DNA of 64,000 nucleotides from Babesia bigemina. Taxonomy: Eukaryota. The notes beneath the pieces are model-generated. The model was not told the origin of the DNA, made no database searches, and worked only from the letters and a program-made list of their open reading frames with translations. Location: assembly GCF_000981445.1 (NCBI RefSeq), contig NC_027216.1, positions 1,798,001 through 1,862,000 on the forward strand, given 5' to 3'. Position numbers and translations under genes: made by a program. This document shows, piece after piece, positions 36,390 through 48,700 of this stretch (the stretch's first letter is position 1; each line of letters starts with the position of its first letter).

Positions 36390-36576
36390 AGCGGGAGAGC
36401 CCCTAGTACAAGTGGGGAATCCAGGTCCTTTCACGTAGGGGTTTTTGCGACCTCGAGGATTCCTCATTATTGTCTGCATTATTGTGTACACCGTTGCAGT
36501 TGTTTTGCGAATCAGCCTATGTAATGTCTTTCCCGCTCGTGTCTAGGAGCAGCGTCGCGCCGTGGATTCTTCCACG
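36390..36576 (+). ncRNA. Candidate structured RNA (unclassified)
   Basis: Nested complementary segments: 36390-36399 with 36528-36537; 36411-36427 with 36449-36468; 36561-36566 with 36571-36576. Non-Watson-Crick positions resolve as G-U on the + strand. No family motif recognised. Confidence 0.3.
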
Positions 36577-37197
36577 CATTAGGCTCGTCTTCCAGCCATC
36601 CGATTTTGTCGCGCTACGATTCATTATTACCATCGTTCGTTAATGCACGTGGCAGCAATGTGTAAGCCGTATTTGTGCGATTTACACCTCCCGGCGCCAT
36701 AATGATGTGTGACACGAAGGCTCTGCACATGTGTTGGTCGCTAAAGCAGCAAAACACTGGTTTTGGACCTCTGCAAAGACATTTCAATCTATTGGGCACC
36801 TTATGTGCCGCATTTGATCACATTTTGGCATGGTGAACTCATGCCGAGATTCCAGGCACACATGTCAATTAGACACGTATGCACAGATTTCCTCTCGCCC
36901 AACCACAGCTTTCCTGACTGCAGGGAATAGGCACATAATGCAACACGCATAAAATAACTAAGCCATTGAGCACCTTTTGTCGCCGGCAGCCTTTAGATTG
37001 CTGCCGCCGTGTTCGGCGAAGCCACACAACGATTTAGAAGAGCATAAACGTTAAGTTATGAGGTTTTCGCTGGCTGTTTCAAACCTTGAATGGCGCTTGC
37101 AGTCGATAAAGCGCAACAACATAGTCCTCCGCCTCTTGCAGCATGATGAGATGGGCTGACGAACAGACTTTTCCCTCCACCGATAGGGTACCCCTCA

Positions 37198-37411
37198 TCA
37201 CTTCATGAGAAGGTTGAAACGCTTCTTGAGTGCGATGCGTTGCTTTGAGTATTTGTCTTCGGGTGAGAACCTTGCGGGGTGGGCAGTCAGCGTCACCTCT
37301 CCATTGGGTCCGGCGTTCTGCGACGTTTTTGCTTTGGCTCCGAACATGTCGACTTACCGCCATAGTGTAGACACGCTTGCCGTCAGCGTCGAGGTAGTAT
37401 TTCAGATACAT
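37198..37411 (-). CDS. NOP10: H/ACA ribonucleoprotein subunit NOP10, 2 exons
   Basis: MYLKYYLDADGKRVYTMA|NAGPNGEVTLTAHPARFSPEDKYSKQRIALKKRFNLLMK. Confidence 0.96.
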
Positions 37412-37732
37412 CTTCGTCGTAGATGCCACGTGTTGCGATAATGTTTTCTTGGCTCAAGCGAGGTTCCCTTTGTCGAAACCCGGAGCGCGCTTATACCTCT
37501 CGTAAGGCTTTTGTTACTCCGTTGCGTATATGTAATTGCCCCCCCCGGTTTACGAAACTTAATGATTGACTATATTTTAACTGTGTCCTTGTGTTATTGC
37601 CTGCAGTTTGACTCGCCTCGTGGCATTGGCTGTGGGGAGTTGAGAGCGAGATTCCGCCAGTTACAGGGCCCCTGACACCGTGAAAATGCACCAATAATTT
37701 ACTTCTTGCTTCTGCTATCGTCTGGAACGAGA

Positions 37733-38539
37733 ATGGGAGGCGATGGCGGGAGTATTCCCGGTCGAATCGACCTCGTCCGGACCTCGGGTTACACATTCGT
37801 CCGTAACCTTGGTGGCATGGGCTATTCGCCAAACACGCAGATAAAGGCAGCCGATGAGCACCTAACAAGCTCACAGATCAAGGATTTGAGGTGGAAGACG
37901 TGCAGCTTATCGCAGGTTGGTTTCACGGCGTTACGCGCCTCTTTGACGTTTTGAGCCACTGTAAAATGCTGCAGCAACCGCTCTCGCCGCCCATAGTGGC
38001 GTGCAGGATCGGCATCTTGTACAACAAGGAGTCAGTGATCGAGTACATCCTAGCCAAGAAGCCGTTGGTGTCCATGCAGCACACCAAGGGTTTGAAAGAC
38101 TTCAAGGAGGTGAAGTTTAAGGTGGGTAATGTTGTATGTAGCGTTCATTTATCGGATTACGTATGTCCAATGTTGCACAGGTGGATCCCGCCACCCGGCG
38201 TTTCGTGTGCCCGCTGACCTGCACCGAGTTCACCGGTTCAAACCGCGGCGTGCTGATATGGAAGTGCGGCTGCTGCATGTCCGAGAGGGCCTTCAAAGAG
38301 CTAATGAAGGGCTACAAATCGCAAACGGTGAGTGCGACGTGCGTCCCACGCAACATACGGCTTAGGACGCCCAGTGCCCAGCGTGCAACGCCACGTTCAC
38401 CTACAACCCGCAAGTGTTCGATCCGCAATGCACGACGCTCGACCCACTGAGCCACGACGTAGTGGTTGTGGTGCCCGACACCTTGGAGGAAAACTACCTC
38501 CGCGCCAAGCTGATGAGGAGGGCCAAGCCGGCCAAGTGA
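37733..38539 (+). CDS. RTF2: Replication termination factor 2 (RTF2 RING-like), 4 exons
   Basis: MGGDGGSIPGRIDLVR; WKTCSLSQ|QPLSPPIVACRIGILYNKESVIEYIL; FVCPLTCTEFTG..WKCGCCMSERA; CPACN. Confidence 0.92.
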
Positions 38540-38719
38540 CCCTCCAAGGTCACGTGCGGCGCTATTTTGCGCGGCGACCACGGTCTAAATATAACACTAA
38601 TCGGGACACTGCTGCTTCGGCGGTCTTGTAATTTACATTAATTGTGTGAGACTAGCTGGTGTATCGTGAACTGGCTACCTCATTGTCTGCTTCCGTAGCA
38701 GATGCTGCTTAGCAACACA

Positions 38720-39980
38720 TCACGCGTTCACCCTAGCGAGCCACTCGGATACATGGGGCATAATGTTTTCGTTGTAGAGGACGGAGGTGAGGCAGTGTAC
38801 ATTTCCTTTGAGCTCGACATATTTCAGGTCCTTGTGGTCCTTCAGGATCTTGCCGGTGAGCTCACGGGAACCCTGCGACGGTTGAGAGCGCCGAAGGGCC
38901 GACTTACCTTAACCGAAACCGTGTCGTCTCCATCACAGTGGACGACGAGCGTAGGCAGGTTTTCCGGGTACAAATGGTAGTTTTTGTGCAACGTCTTGGT
39001 GGCGGCAATCAGACTCAGAATAACGCCGTAGCACTGCTTGCCATTGAAGAAGTGCGGATCCTGCAGACACGCGTTAACATTTAGCCGCCATTCCGACTAA
39101 CCTGTCCCCTGACGAAGGTGTTCATGTTGTTGATTATCCTATCGTTGGGTACCATGCACGTTGCGGCGGGACAGCAGCAGGCCAGCATCTTGGTGACGAG
39201 CAGCTGTATCTTCCTGCCGAGGCTTGCGGTGTAGGAGGAGAGGTCGCACATGGGCGCGAACGCGATCAACCCGTCGACGAACATGTGGTTGTCCTGGTTG
39301 TATATGGCCGTCTTTTGCGCGGTCCTGAGCACAATGAAGCCGCCCATGGAGATGCCAGCGAGGTAGATCTTGCCAATTTGGGACGGCCCGCCAATGACGC
39401 CCTCAGTGTACCTTTCCTCGGTGTTTTCGAACTGGCCCCTCTTGACAATGTCGATGAACTGGATGACGTCGTCGACAATGTTTTCGAGGTCCAGATAGTA
39501 GTTGCGCCTCCCCTTCAAACCCTCCGACATGCCGTGGGACTGGTGGTCGAGTCCGTACACGTTGTAGCCGAGCTCGTTGAGCTTGTTTATGAAGCTGCCC
39601 TCGTACACGAACCTGGGCGAGAGGTCGAAGAAGTTCTGGCCGTCGATGTCGAACCCCTTCTCACCCTTGGAACTCGCCTTCCTAAGCAAATTGTCGGCGC
39701 CCCTCGGGTAGACAGCCTGTAGCTCCTTCGCCACGATGTCATCGACCTGCGGTTCGCCAATCTTGAAGGTGTCTAGGTACCAGTTCATGTTGTACGCGGC
39801 GAACTCCGCCCTGTAGTGGCAGCGGTTGCCGTGCACCAAAACGATGGAACCCTTCGCGTCACTGACAATGGAGGCGTAGGTCCTGATGAGCATGCCTTCC
39901 TTGTTGCGGAAGTGGCTCATGGTGGAGCGGACCTCGGCATGCCTGGGTTTCCTTTCCTCTGCAGTTTCAACCGTCGTCAT
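38720..39980 (-). CDS. Alpha/beta hydrolase, lysophospholipase (PST-A-like), 3 exons; in-frame upstream ATG at 40085 possible
   Basis: FRNKEGMLIRTY, IVLVHG, YEGSFINKLNELGYNVYGLDHQSHGMS, nucleophile GISMGG, HCDGDDTV (Asp), GNVHCL (His). Confidence 0.9.
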
Positions 39981-40561
39981 TGTTGTGACACTTTTATCAG
40001 GCTGCTTGTTGGAGAATTGCCCTATGAAGGGGAATCGCGTGAAGTTAAATCTTAGACGGTCGCGCAGAAAGGGGAAGCAGAGCATTTAATGGGCTACGTG
40101 TGCCATGCGGCTGTTAGTACGCAACCCAGGTTCTGCAGAGCTACCACGAAGCTCAAAGTGATTACAAACGTTTAAAACAGAGTGGAATGCTCGTGCTTGG
40201 GCGGAATACGGCCGCGCCAGCGCGGCATGACGCGCGTATTCCAGCTGCACCACAGACAAGACCAATCCGACATGTGTGCGGGGCAAACCCAGCCTTATAT
40301 GACGGGTTTCCGCGCACTAATTACATGTGCGTGTATTGGTTGCGCGCAGGTCTGACCTTCCTACGGAACTCAGATGTGCGACGTCGCTCAGTTTCGCCAC
40401 TCATGAAGTAAAGCGAACAAAAATTAGTAAAATCAAAACTTAGTCAGCTTCATGGGACACAACGGGATCCCCGTCTTTGTTAGCCTGGGGTACCCGATGC
40501 CGCACGCAGCCGGGAAAAAATTAGGTGCTGCTGACCGCCTTGGCGTAGCGACGTTGAAGTC

Positions 40562-43500
40562 TCACTGCTCCATGTATCCCATGCCTCCGACGCCCACATA
40601 CGGGTTGTCGGGCGGCGGTTGCTGCTCCTTGTACTGCATTTGGTTTAGCCGCGGGTTCCAGTACTTGGGAACCATTTGCACAGGCTGCTGATATCCGTTA
40701 TGATGGTACTGCGGGTGCTGGGCGACTGGCAACATCCCGCCATTTATGGGTACGGCGGTCACGGGCGCGACGTATGGCATCATGACGTGTTGCATCGGCA
40801 CCTCCATGTGGTTCACGTTGGTGTGGGACATGGGCTGCTTGTAGCCGCCCCCCGATAGGTGCGAGGCGATGGCGCTTACCCCGTATCGCGGCTGTTCGTT
40901 CATGTACGCGTTGTGGGTACCGTAAACGAGCGGCGCCATCGTGGGCTTCCTCATACCGGTTGGCATCATCGTGTGTTGGGTGTTCATCATGCTCGGGTGG
41001 TGCGGGTTCATCATCATCGGGTGACCGCCGCCCATCATCATATGGTGCCCCGTGTTGACGACCATGTGCTGGCCGCCATTCACGAGCATGTGCTGCCCGC
41101 CGTTGACTATCATGCTCGGCGCGGTGTTAACCATCATCCCGTGCGGGTAATTCATCATAACACTGGGGGTGGTGCTGACCATCATCATCCCTGGGTGGTG
41201 GGAGTTCATTACAACCCCGTGCGAGGCCGTAGTGGGCATCACATCGTGTACTGAGTGGGCCATGGGCAACTTTCTCTGCTTAGTGACCATCTCGAACGTC
41301 GTGGGCTCTGGCGCCAGCACCTCCTCCTTGGGGCGGATGCTCTCCATGGGAGTCGAGTGCATGGCACCGTTTCTGGTGACGATGATGTGGCTGGGGCACG
41401 GCTTCAGAGGCAGGATCGCGTTCTTCATGTCGTTATTGGTGTTCTGTGGAGAGTACTGGTAGTGCGTGTAGGCGTAGCACCGTCTCCTCATCAATGCTGT
41501 CACAGCCCTGCAAATGAATGTACACAAACGTAAGGGGCAACTCACCTATCACCGAAACGCTCAGCCGTGTGCTCCGCGCACAACATCCGAAGTGAGAGGG
41601 CAGGGAAGAGTTCGTTGAAGGTCAAGGTGTTCCTGACCATTCCGGGCAGGTCTGTTGCATTGTGTAGTGGCGACTCCACGACGTAACCCCCACCAACCCA
41701 CGCGCACGTGGTATGGAATTTGTTGTTGCAGCCTGGCCTGGCGCAATGCAGCATGATGCCTCCGCTGACTGTACAAATCGAGCACTTCTCCGTCGTCGAG
41801 GCGTTTGAATTTCTGAGGTCCCATTTGTTCAGGTCCACCCAATCGTGACACGTGACTTTTGGCATCAGCAGCGCTGCGCAGTGGAGGTGTACCCACTTGA
41901 CAGGCATGCTGGGAGCGTTGCGCTTCGCCGCATGCTCCGAAACGCGCTTCAGTGCACCACCGCTGCTGTAGCAAACGCAGCATACGGCATTGTTGCACGT
42001 CGCAGCCCTGCTGTTGGCGTTCATGAGCACCTCGTACTCGCACGGGTCGCAAAACCAGTCGTGCACGGTCTCCTCCGACTTCACGGTGCCGTGGACGGGC
42101 TCTACGGTGGTCGGCTTGTACGACACATAACACTTGAAGTGCACGCGTATGAAACAGCGGCTGCATTGATGCATCATCTGCTTTTGCGCGGGTTCCGCCA
42201 TTAGACACACCGAGCAAAACTCCTTGTCCGTGGTATCCTTTACCGTCTCCGCCTTCACTTTCTCGTTTTTGTTCTGCTGGTCATCCGCCCTGGACTCGTG
42301 GAGCAGGAAGTTGTTGAATGTCTCGACAGCCTGCATTATCGAGCGCCTGAAGTGGGACCACCTGTTCATACGCGTCGCTACTTTCGTGTACTGTTCCACC
42401 AGCGACTTGTCCTCGTGTAACCTTTTGCTGTACGCGTGTTCAACCATCAGACTCTGGTGCAGCTTTGACTTGTGCTCGTCTATTGCCTTGTTCACCGCCT
42501 TCAACACTCCCACGAGCGCATTCGCCTGATTAGTGACGAAGCACCGCTGTTTCGAGGATACGGGATCACTGAACAGGGCATTGTCTTCAATCTCCTTGGT
42601 GTCTATAATCTCCATGAGTGCCTCGTCATGGGCGGTTCCGCCCTCCTCAACGGGGGCGTCCGACGTTACGAGCCTGTTTTTCAAGTATGCAGTCACCGAC
42701 GGCTTGAGGTCCCAGCAGAACCCACTCAAGTTGATGGTTTCCACTTCGGGGTATGTTTCGCCAGCCTCGTCAACTTCTGGGGGCATCAGCACGGGTATGG
42801 CCATTAAATGCGATTGTGGGCAATATATCGACTTCAAGACTCTTCTCAAGTACTCGTACTCTAGCGATCCCGTGTGGATGTAATCCAGTAAAACCAACTT
42901 CGTTGTCCCGTCCCGTCTCGATTTGACGTGGGCTGCCGACAGCCACACCGATTGGCTTCCGAATTTCGCCAAAACGAACGTTGGCCTGTGGGTCTTGTGC
43001 CCTACAAGCTGGCAAAATCCCAGTTGCAAAGGGGACTCTTCATTGTTCTGCGATATATTAAGGTTCATTCCGGGGGCGAGGTGGGCGTTCTGACCATACA
43101 GCACCTGCTGCATACTCTCCACGTTCACATCATACGGCACGTGTGTCGGCGCCGGAAGCGACCTTGAAGTTGGGCTACCTTGCAGCGATGCGGGATTCGC
43201 GTCTAGTTTTAGCTGCGATGCGATGGAACCCGTGATGTTCATCACGCAAGGCTCGCACTCGAGCGCCACTTTCCTCAAGTCCATCACCGATTCGACGCAT
43301 TTGTTAAACACGAGGACGCTTCGCAGGTCCTTGTACAGCTCAACAAGGCCGCTGTTGAGTGGTGCGATGTTGCTGAAGAGATCGGGGCCTATTTTGCTGA
43401 AGAGGACTTCATAAGGCCACCAGTCGAACTTCTTCGTGTTCTTTTGGTACCCGTGGCGCTTCAACACGCCGTACTCGTTAAGCAAGCATGCAATATAGTC

Positions 43501-44905
43501 CTTTGAATGACCAAACTTTTCTTGAGACTGCGTTACGTTAATATTAGTAGTGTCCGTTCTCGCTTCGTGGGACGACGTTCTGGGCATCTTAGATTCATCC
43601 ATCCTGCGGGTCACAACGGCCCCTTTGACGACCGCCTGCTTCTTTTCCACCCTCTCTAACTTGAGGTGAGACTGCACTTTCGTCGCGCCCCGCGTCGTCA
43701 CGCTGGTGGAGACTGGGGACGGGATTGGCGTCGGCGGTTCGGCTGGTGTCGGGTCCTTAATGGGCACAGTTCCCTTCTTCAGGAGTTCGTACTCCTCCAG
43801 CAGCGATATCTTTGAATTGAACCTGCAGTTCACGAGGTCCACCTCGTAGCTGTTCATGTGTACTTGGCAGAAGAGGAACCGGTAGCAGGGCTTCTTGGAG
43901 TCCGTTTTGCCGTGGTGCACGACGATGGTTGCGTTGGTGTTGCAACTGAGGTGGTAGTGGTTCAGGCAGTTCTCCGAAGAGCACTTGAAGAACGCGCTCC
44001 TCGCTCCACAGAAGACGCAGTGCCTTTTGTACTCGGTGGCGTTGAGCAGTTGGAACGGCATCTTGTACAGCTTCGTAAGGTTTGGCATTTCGCCCGCTTC
44101 CCGCGATTGCGCCGGAGCAGCGACATCGTAGAAATGCATGAAGTAGTAGAAGAGGACAAATGCGAGGCACTTGCCATGGCAGTCGATGCTCTGTCCATCG
44201 TAGACGTACGACGACGGTGCCATCTTCTTGCATACCACGCAGGGCAGCCTCCTCTCATGGTAGATCTCTTCATAGTGAGAGAGGAGGAATCCTTCGAAAG
44301 AGCACCCGAGATCTGTGGCTGTCGACTGCGCAGTCTCCCTAACGTTCATTCTGCGCAGCTTCTGTGCCGACGGCCTTGCACTCGTATCTGAAGTTTGACG
44401 TTGGTCTGCATAGGAGCGTTGTAGAGTCAAACACCATAATTGAGCTCATGATATAGAGACGCGTAGCTACGTCGAAACCAGTGAAGTCCGCCCACGATGA
44501 GTTGCCGCGTTCCGTGATTGCGCCGAGGTCGAAGCGCCGGCTACGCGCGGCCGCGTTTGCCGGTTGGTGAGGAAAATTCGAGGTTTTAACTTGGAAGCAA
44601 ACTCCGTGGTGTAGAAAATGCAATCCTTCGAAGAAGCCGGACTCTGATATGGGCGCCGCCGATCTCGTGCTTTCGACAGCTTTTCCGTCTGCCCAGAGGT
44701 CGCCGTCGCGCACCCAGGATTGAATTTTCTTACAAGTCAGTAATTAACAGGGTGGTTTTACGACTCCGGTCGGTTTGGTGGCCGGCCGTCGGTGGAATGT
44801 AGATGAATAGTGCTGCGGCGCTTCGAATGGGGACTCAGGGTATCTTTTGGGCGCCTTCTCGCCGACACATAGTCGCTATACACTTTTTATAGCATATTTT
44901 GGCAT
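40562..44905 (-). CDS. PHD / extended-PHD (PZP-like) zinc-finger chromatin protein with M/H/N-rich tail; 5' exons uncertain
   Basis: CSVC..CSRCFIRVHFKCY..WFCDPC; CCVCYSSGGALK..WVHLHCA..CSIC..GGIMLHCARPGCNNKFHTTCA..CAEH; N-terminal CVFC..KCSSENCLNHYHLSC. A short intron near 41500-41547 joins the last exon 40562-41495. Confidence 0.85.
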
Positions 44906-45150
44906 GCCACCGTCTTCATCGGTGAGCGCTTCACACGTCTAACGCGCGCGAATCTAGGGTCGGCAACTTGGTGTTTCCGCTCTAGATCTCAGGGGCGTTT
45001 AGCTCACTTGGAGGCGAATTTGCGAACTTTTGGGAGTGTTAGCGTCGTTACAAGCATTGTAGCTGCGGTGTATCGCTGCTATTGTTCAATGTGTCCGCCG
45101 GTTCTCCCTTAACAAGACGTGAGTACAGGACTCCTCGACGGTAACATTCA

Positions 45151-45731
45151 ATGGCGGAGCTGCACAGTTTCCATATATTCTTTCGCCAGCGCTGCATACA
45201 CCGCTACCTTTGCAGCGACGCGGTGGTCACTGCGGTGAAGAGGTGTATGACGTTGGACAACGCACGCGACAAGTCGTCATCGGCGAAGGGCGCGGAAAGG
45301 CCGGCAACCGACAGCGCGGCCGTGGCAGACGAGCTTGCGGAGTATAACCATCATTACGAGAAGCTCCTTGTCGGTTTCATGGCCGGCCTGAGCTCCTTCT
45401 GCAAGACCATCCACGTGACCAACGAGTTGGAGCGGCCGAACGGACTTTCCGTGTCGTATTTTAACGTCTGCGCCACGTCCACATTCAAAATCCACTACTT
45501 CGAGACCATCACCGGTGCGTGATCCACATGCGGTGTGCATAATGTGCAGGGTACAAGCTTGTCTGCATCACGTCGCCCGAAGTGGCCAACCTGGAGTTGA
45601 CGATGAGCGCCATATACACTGACCTGCTCGTCACCATGGTGCTCTCTAACCCGCTGTACACCGTCGGAGGCGTGATAGATTGCCCTGAGTTTGAAGATAT
45701 AGTGGCCAAGACCCTGCGCGCCAACATGTAA
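45151..45731 (+). CDS. TRAPPC1: TRAPP complex subunit 1 (Bet5, sybindin-like), 2 exons
   Basis: LHSFHIFFRQRCI; EKLLVGFMAGLSSF; TSTFKIHYFETITG|YKLVCITSP; VLSNPLY..IDCPEF. Confidence 0.88.
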
Positions 45732-45740
45732 ACTAATGCC

Positions 45741-48700
45741 TTAGTCAACTGCCGACATTTCCCGATACACTCCGTCGCGTTGGGAGAGAAGCACCAGCTT
45801 GTTTTGGTGGTTGTATAGCCTTTTAATAAGTTTGCGTTCGGTCACCTTCGCATCACTTCTGGTGTTCATCTTCGCCGCCAACACGTGAGAGGCCTGCCAA
45901 TTGAGTAACTGCGAAGATTTCTCGGGCGAGAGACCGCTCTTTGCCTGCAGGTATGCAGTCATTTCGGGCTCATGGTTCATGTACGTCTTGCCCATGTACT
46001 CATCAACCGTCGACAGGGGTTTCGATCTGTGCGCTTTCAACCTGACGTCCAGGTTTCCAGTCTCTCCCACGTACACTGCCGCACTAAACTCTCCCTCGGC
46101 AAAGCACGCATCGGCATGCGTATCCAACTCTGTTTCGTGACTTTTCCCCGTCGGTGTTAAAGGCACGATGATAGCATATGTCACGGGCACGTTACTGAGA
46201 ATGGGCGGCGGCATGCAGCCCGCTGCTATGTGGACCACCGCACTTCTGATAGAGCTGGTAGACAGTTCCTCAAACGCCGCGCAGAGTATATCTGCGGCGT
46301 CTCGCAGCGCAGATGGCATCTCTCTTATAAGATCTTCGAAGCATGCGCGTTTTTTTTGCGACACTGCCGAGGTGTCGATGTTGGGGCGCCCATATCGGTG
46401 TGAATTCACAGCCGGTATTTCTGAACTTGACTGGTTCACGTATCTGTCCATTTCTTGCTGGATCTGTCCGAGGAAGGCACTATTCTCGAACGCGTGTTTC
46501 AACGGGGTGGCTAAACACCGTGCCTCACTGAGCAACATGTTCCCGTTGCTCGTGACAATGCTACTGAAATGCGCATTCGATACATGCCCTCGGAAGTCCG
46601 ATCCAACGTTGGTGGCAATGATGGAGGTGCAGCCCGTCTGTGCCAACCGTTGTACGACAACGGCAACGAAGGCTGCGCAAATATGTGCCGTCTTCCACGC
46701 CAACTACCTGTTGCTTGCAATGCATCCAGATGCGCGCCCAAGTCGTCTATGAGCACCAAGCTGCGGTTGTCAGCCTTTGCGATGACGTGCTCGATGGCGT
46801 TGATGTTGTACTCGAACGGCGACACGTCCCCGGTGCCACTGTACCTCAGGGGCGAATTATAGACGATGTTCGTGAACTTCGGCACCTTTGACCCGCTAGC
46901 GCACGGCAGATACAAACCTGCAAGTTGTTTATGTTGGTGCGCCTGAACACCAACCGCTTTGGGCGCATATGCAGGCCCCCAAAACTGATGCGATGAGAGT
47001 GCTCCGGCCTGAGTTGTTAGGTCCCAGTAAAACATGCGTCCCGTTGAGCTTTAATGATAAGGGAATCACGTCGTCATGAGGCAGGAATGCCGGCGTGAAT
47101 TTCTTCAATAACAGCTCTCCCGTGCTCGGGGAGCTCGGTACAGTCCATCCTTTCGGCACCGCCATGCCCGCGTGCCCTGCCAGCGTCTGAACGACAACCA
47201 GGAAGTGCGAGCATATCACGATACTTTGCGTGTGAGGCGCTAGAGATCGAACAATGTGCCTGAGCGTCTGATTGGCATTGGCCTCTGCAATGGCACATTT
47301 GTTGCGATAATTGCGTAATTCGTCAGTCACGCGCCTACTCGTGTACCCTCTGACTCGCTTATTGCCGACGACAGTCTGTAGATATTTTATATGCAATTGC
47401 ACAGTGAACCACCTCTGTCGTCTGCAGTATGGTGTGATCCGGCGTGTCAGTGATGGCATTGAGAAGCACGAAGTGGTCGTTCACGACTAGGTTCGGGATG
47501 CTGTCTGCCTTGCTTTCCAAGTGTTTCCGTATACAGGCGGTCAAAGAGCCCCTATTCGCCACTGAATTGCCGTTTGGATCCTCGAATTGCGGAACTGTCA
47601 TGTATTCTTCGGCAATTGCCTTCAGGAGTTGAAAGGCAGCTTCGTCCACCTGCTTGCGGTCCCGCAACAGGAGGTGTTGTTTGACGGATTTCATGCACGA
47701 TTCCTGCACTCAAGTCACGCTATGCGCCTATTCAACTCACTGATCGCCTGAAAAGGCTGTCTATGGCGTCCATGCCCGTAGGTTCCACATGATCGATTTC
47801 ATGTGGGAATGACATGGCGGAATCGATGATTTGCAAACAACGTTCCGCATCCGACAGCAGTTCCGCGAGCTTGTAATTCAGCTTGAGATCCACAATGGCT
47901 ATCGCGTTCACCCGCTTCGATATACCCGGAGCGAGTGTCTTCGCATAATACGTGAACCCCTTGAGGGCCTCCTCGATATCGCGCAGGGTAGTCACGTCTA
48001 CCTGCGCACATCTTAGCTAGTCAGCCAAACCGCATTACTCACCCTTTGCTGCGATATTAGGGACCTGACTTTAAACGGTGACACCGGCCTGGCGTCAACA
48101 AGGGGTACCTGCATCTGTGCTAGCTTGCCTATGACGTACCTCACGTCTTCGGCCACTTCTGCCGGCGGCGGCTGCGCAAGCATGAACCTCATGTAGCGCT
48201 TCATGTAAACGGGCGCATTCCCCGGTAGCATCTGGAGGTGCAGTCCGTTGGTGTTGCCAGTGCCCGTCCCGCCGCCGTCACCCAGCCCCAATACGGAGGC
48301 GGTCTCGAGATCAAGGGGAATACGTTCCATATGAGAAGTTGCCGTGTTTATGACTCTGAAGCTGCCACGCATCTCCAGCCTCATTTTAATGCTGCGGCAC
48401 GCAGCGTCGTGGAAGGCCTTGGTGCTGTTATGCCCCTAAACAATTTGGCGGCTCGGAAGTTGGGTGTCTCACCTGCAAGGGCTCATAGTGTATCGCAGTA
48501 GAGACTTGTGATAGCAGCTTTTTGACGTGCGTGTTCCCATTTTGGAAGATGACCACCCGGCAGTCATCTGTCTGGAGCAGCGACAGCGCTGATGCAAAGG
48601 TTAGCCGATCCCTGACCTCGACCGTGCGCTTCACCGGATCTATAACCGACACGCTATATCCCGACCTGTTGTGTGCCACTCCCAACGCAGAGCCAGTGAA

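Noticed and set aside
45741..46250. GIY-YIG as a homing endonuclease or Penelope-like mobile element
   Set aside because: It is the in-frame terminal domain of MSH1; no RT, group I intron or terminal repeats seen.
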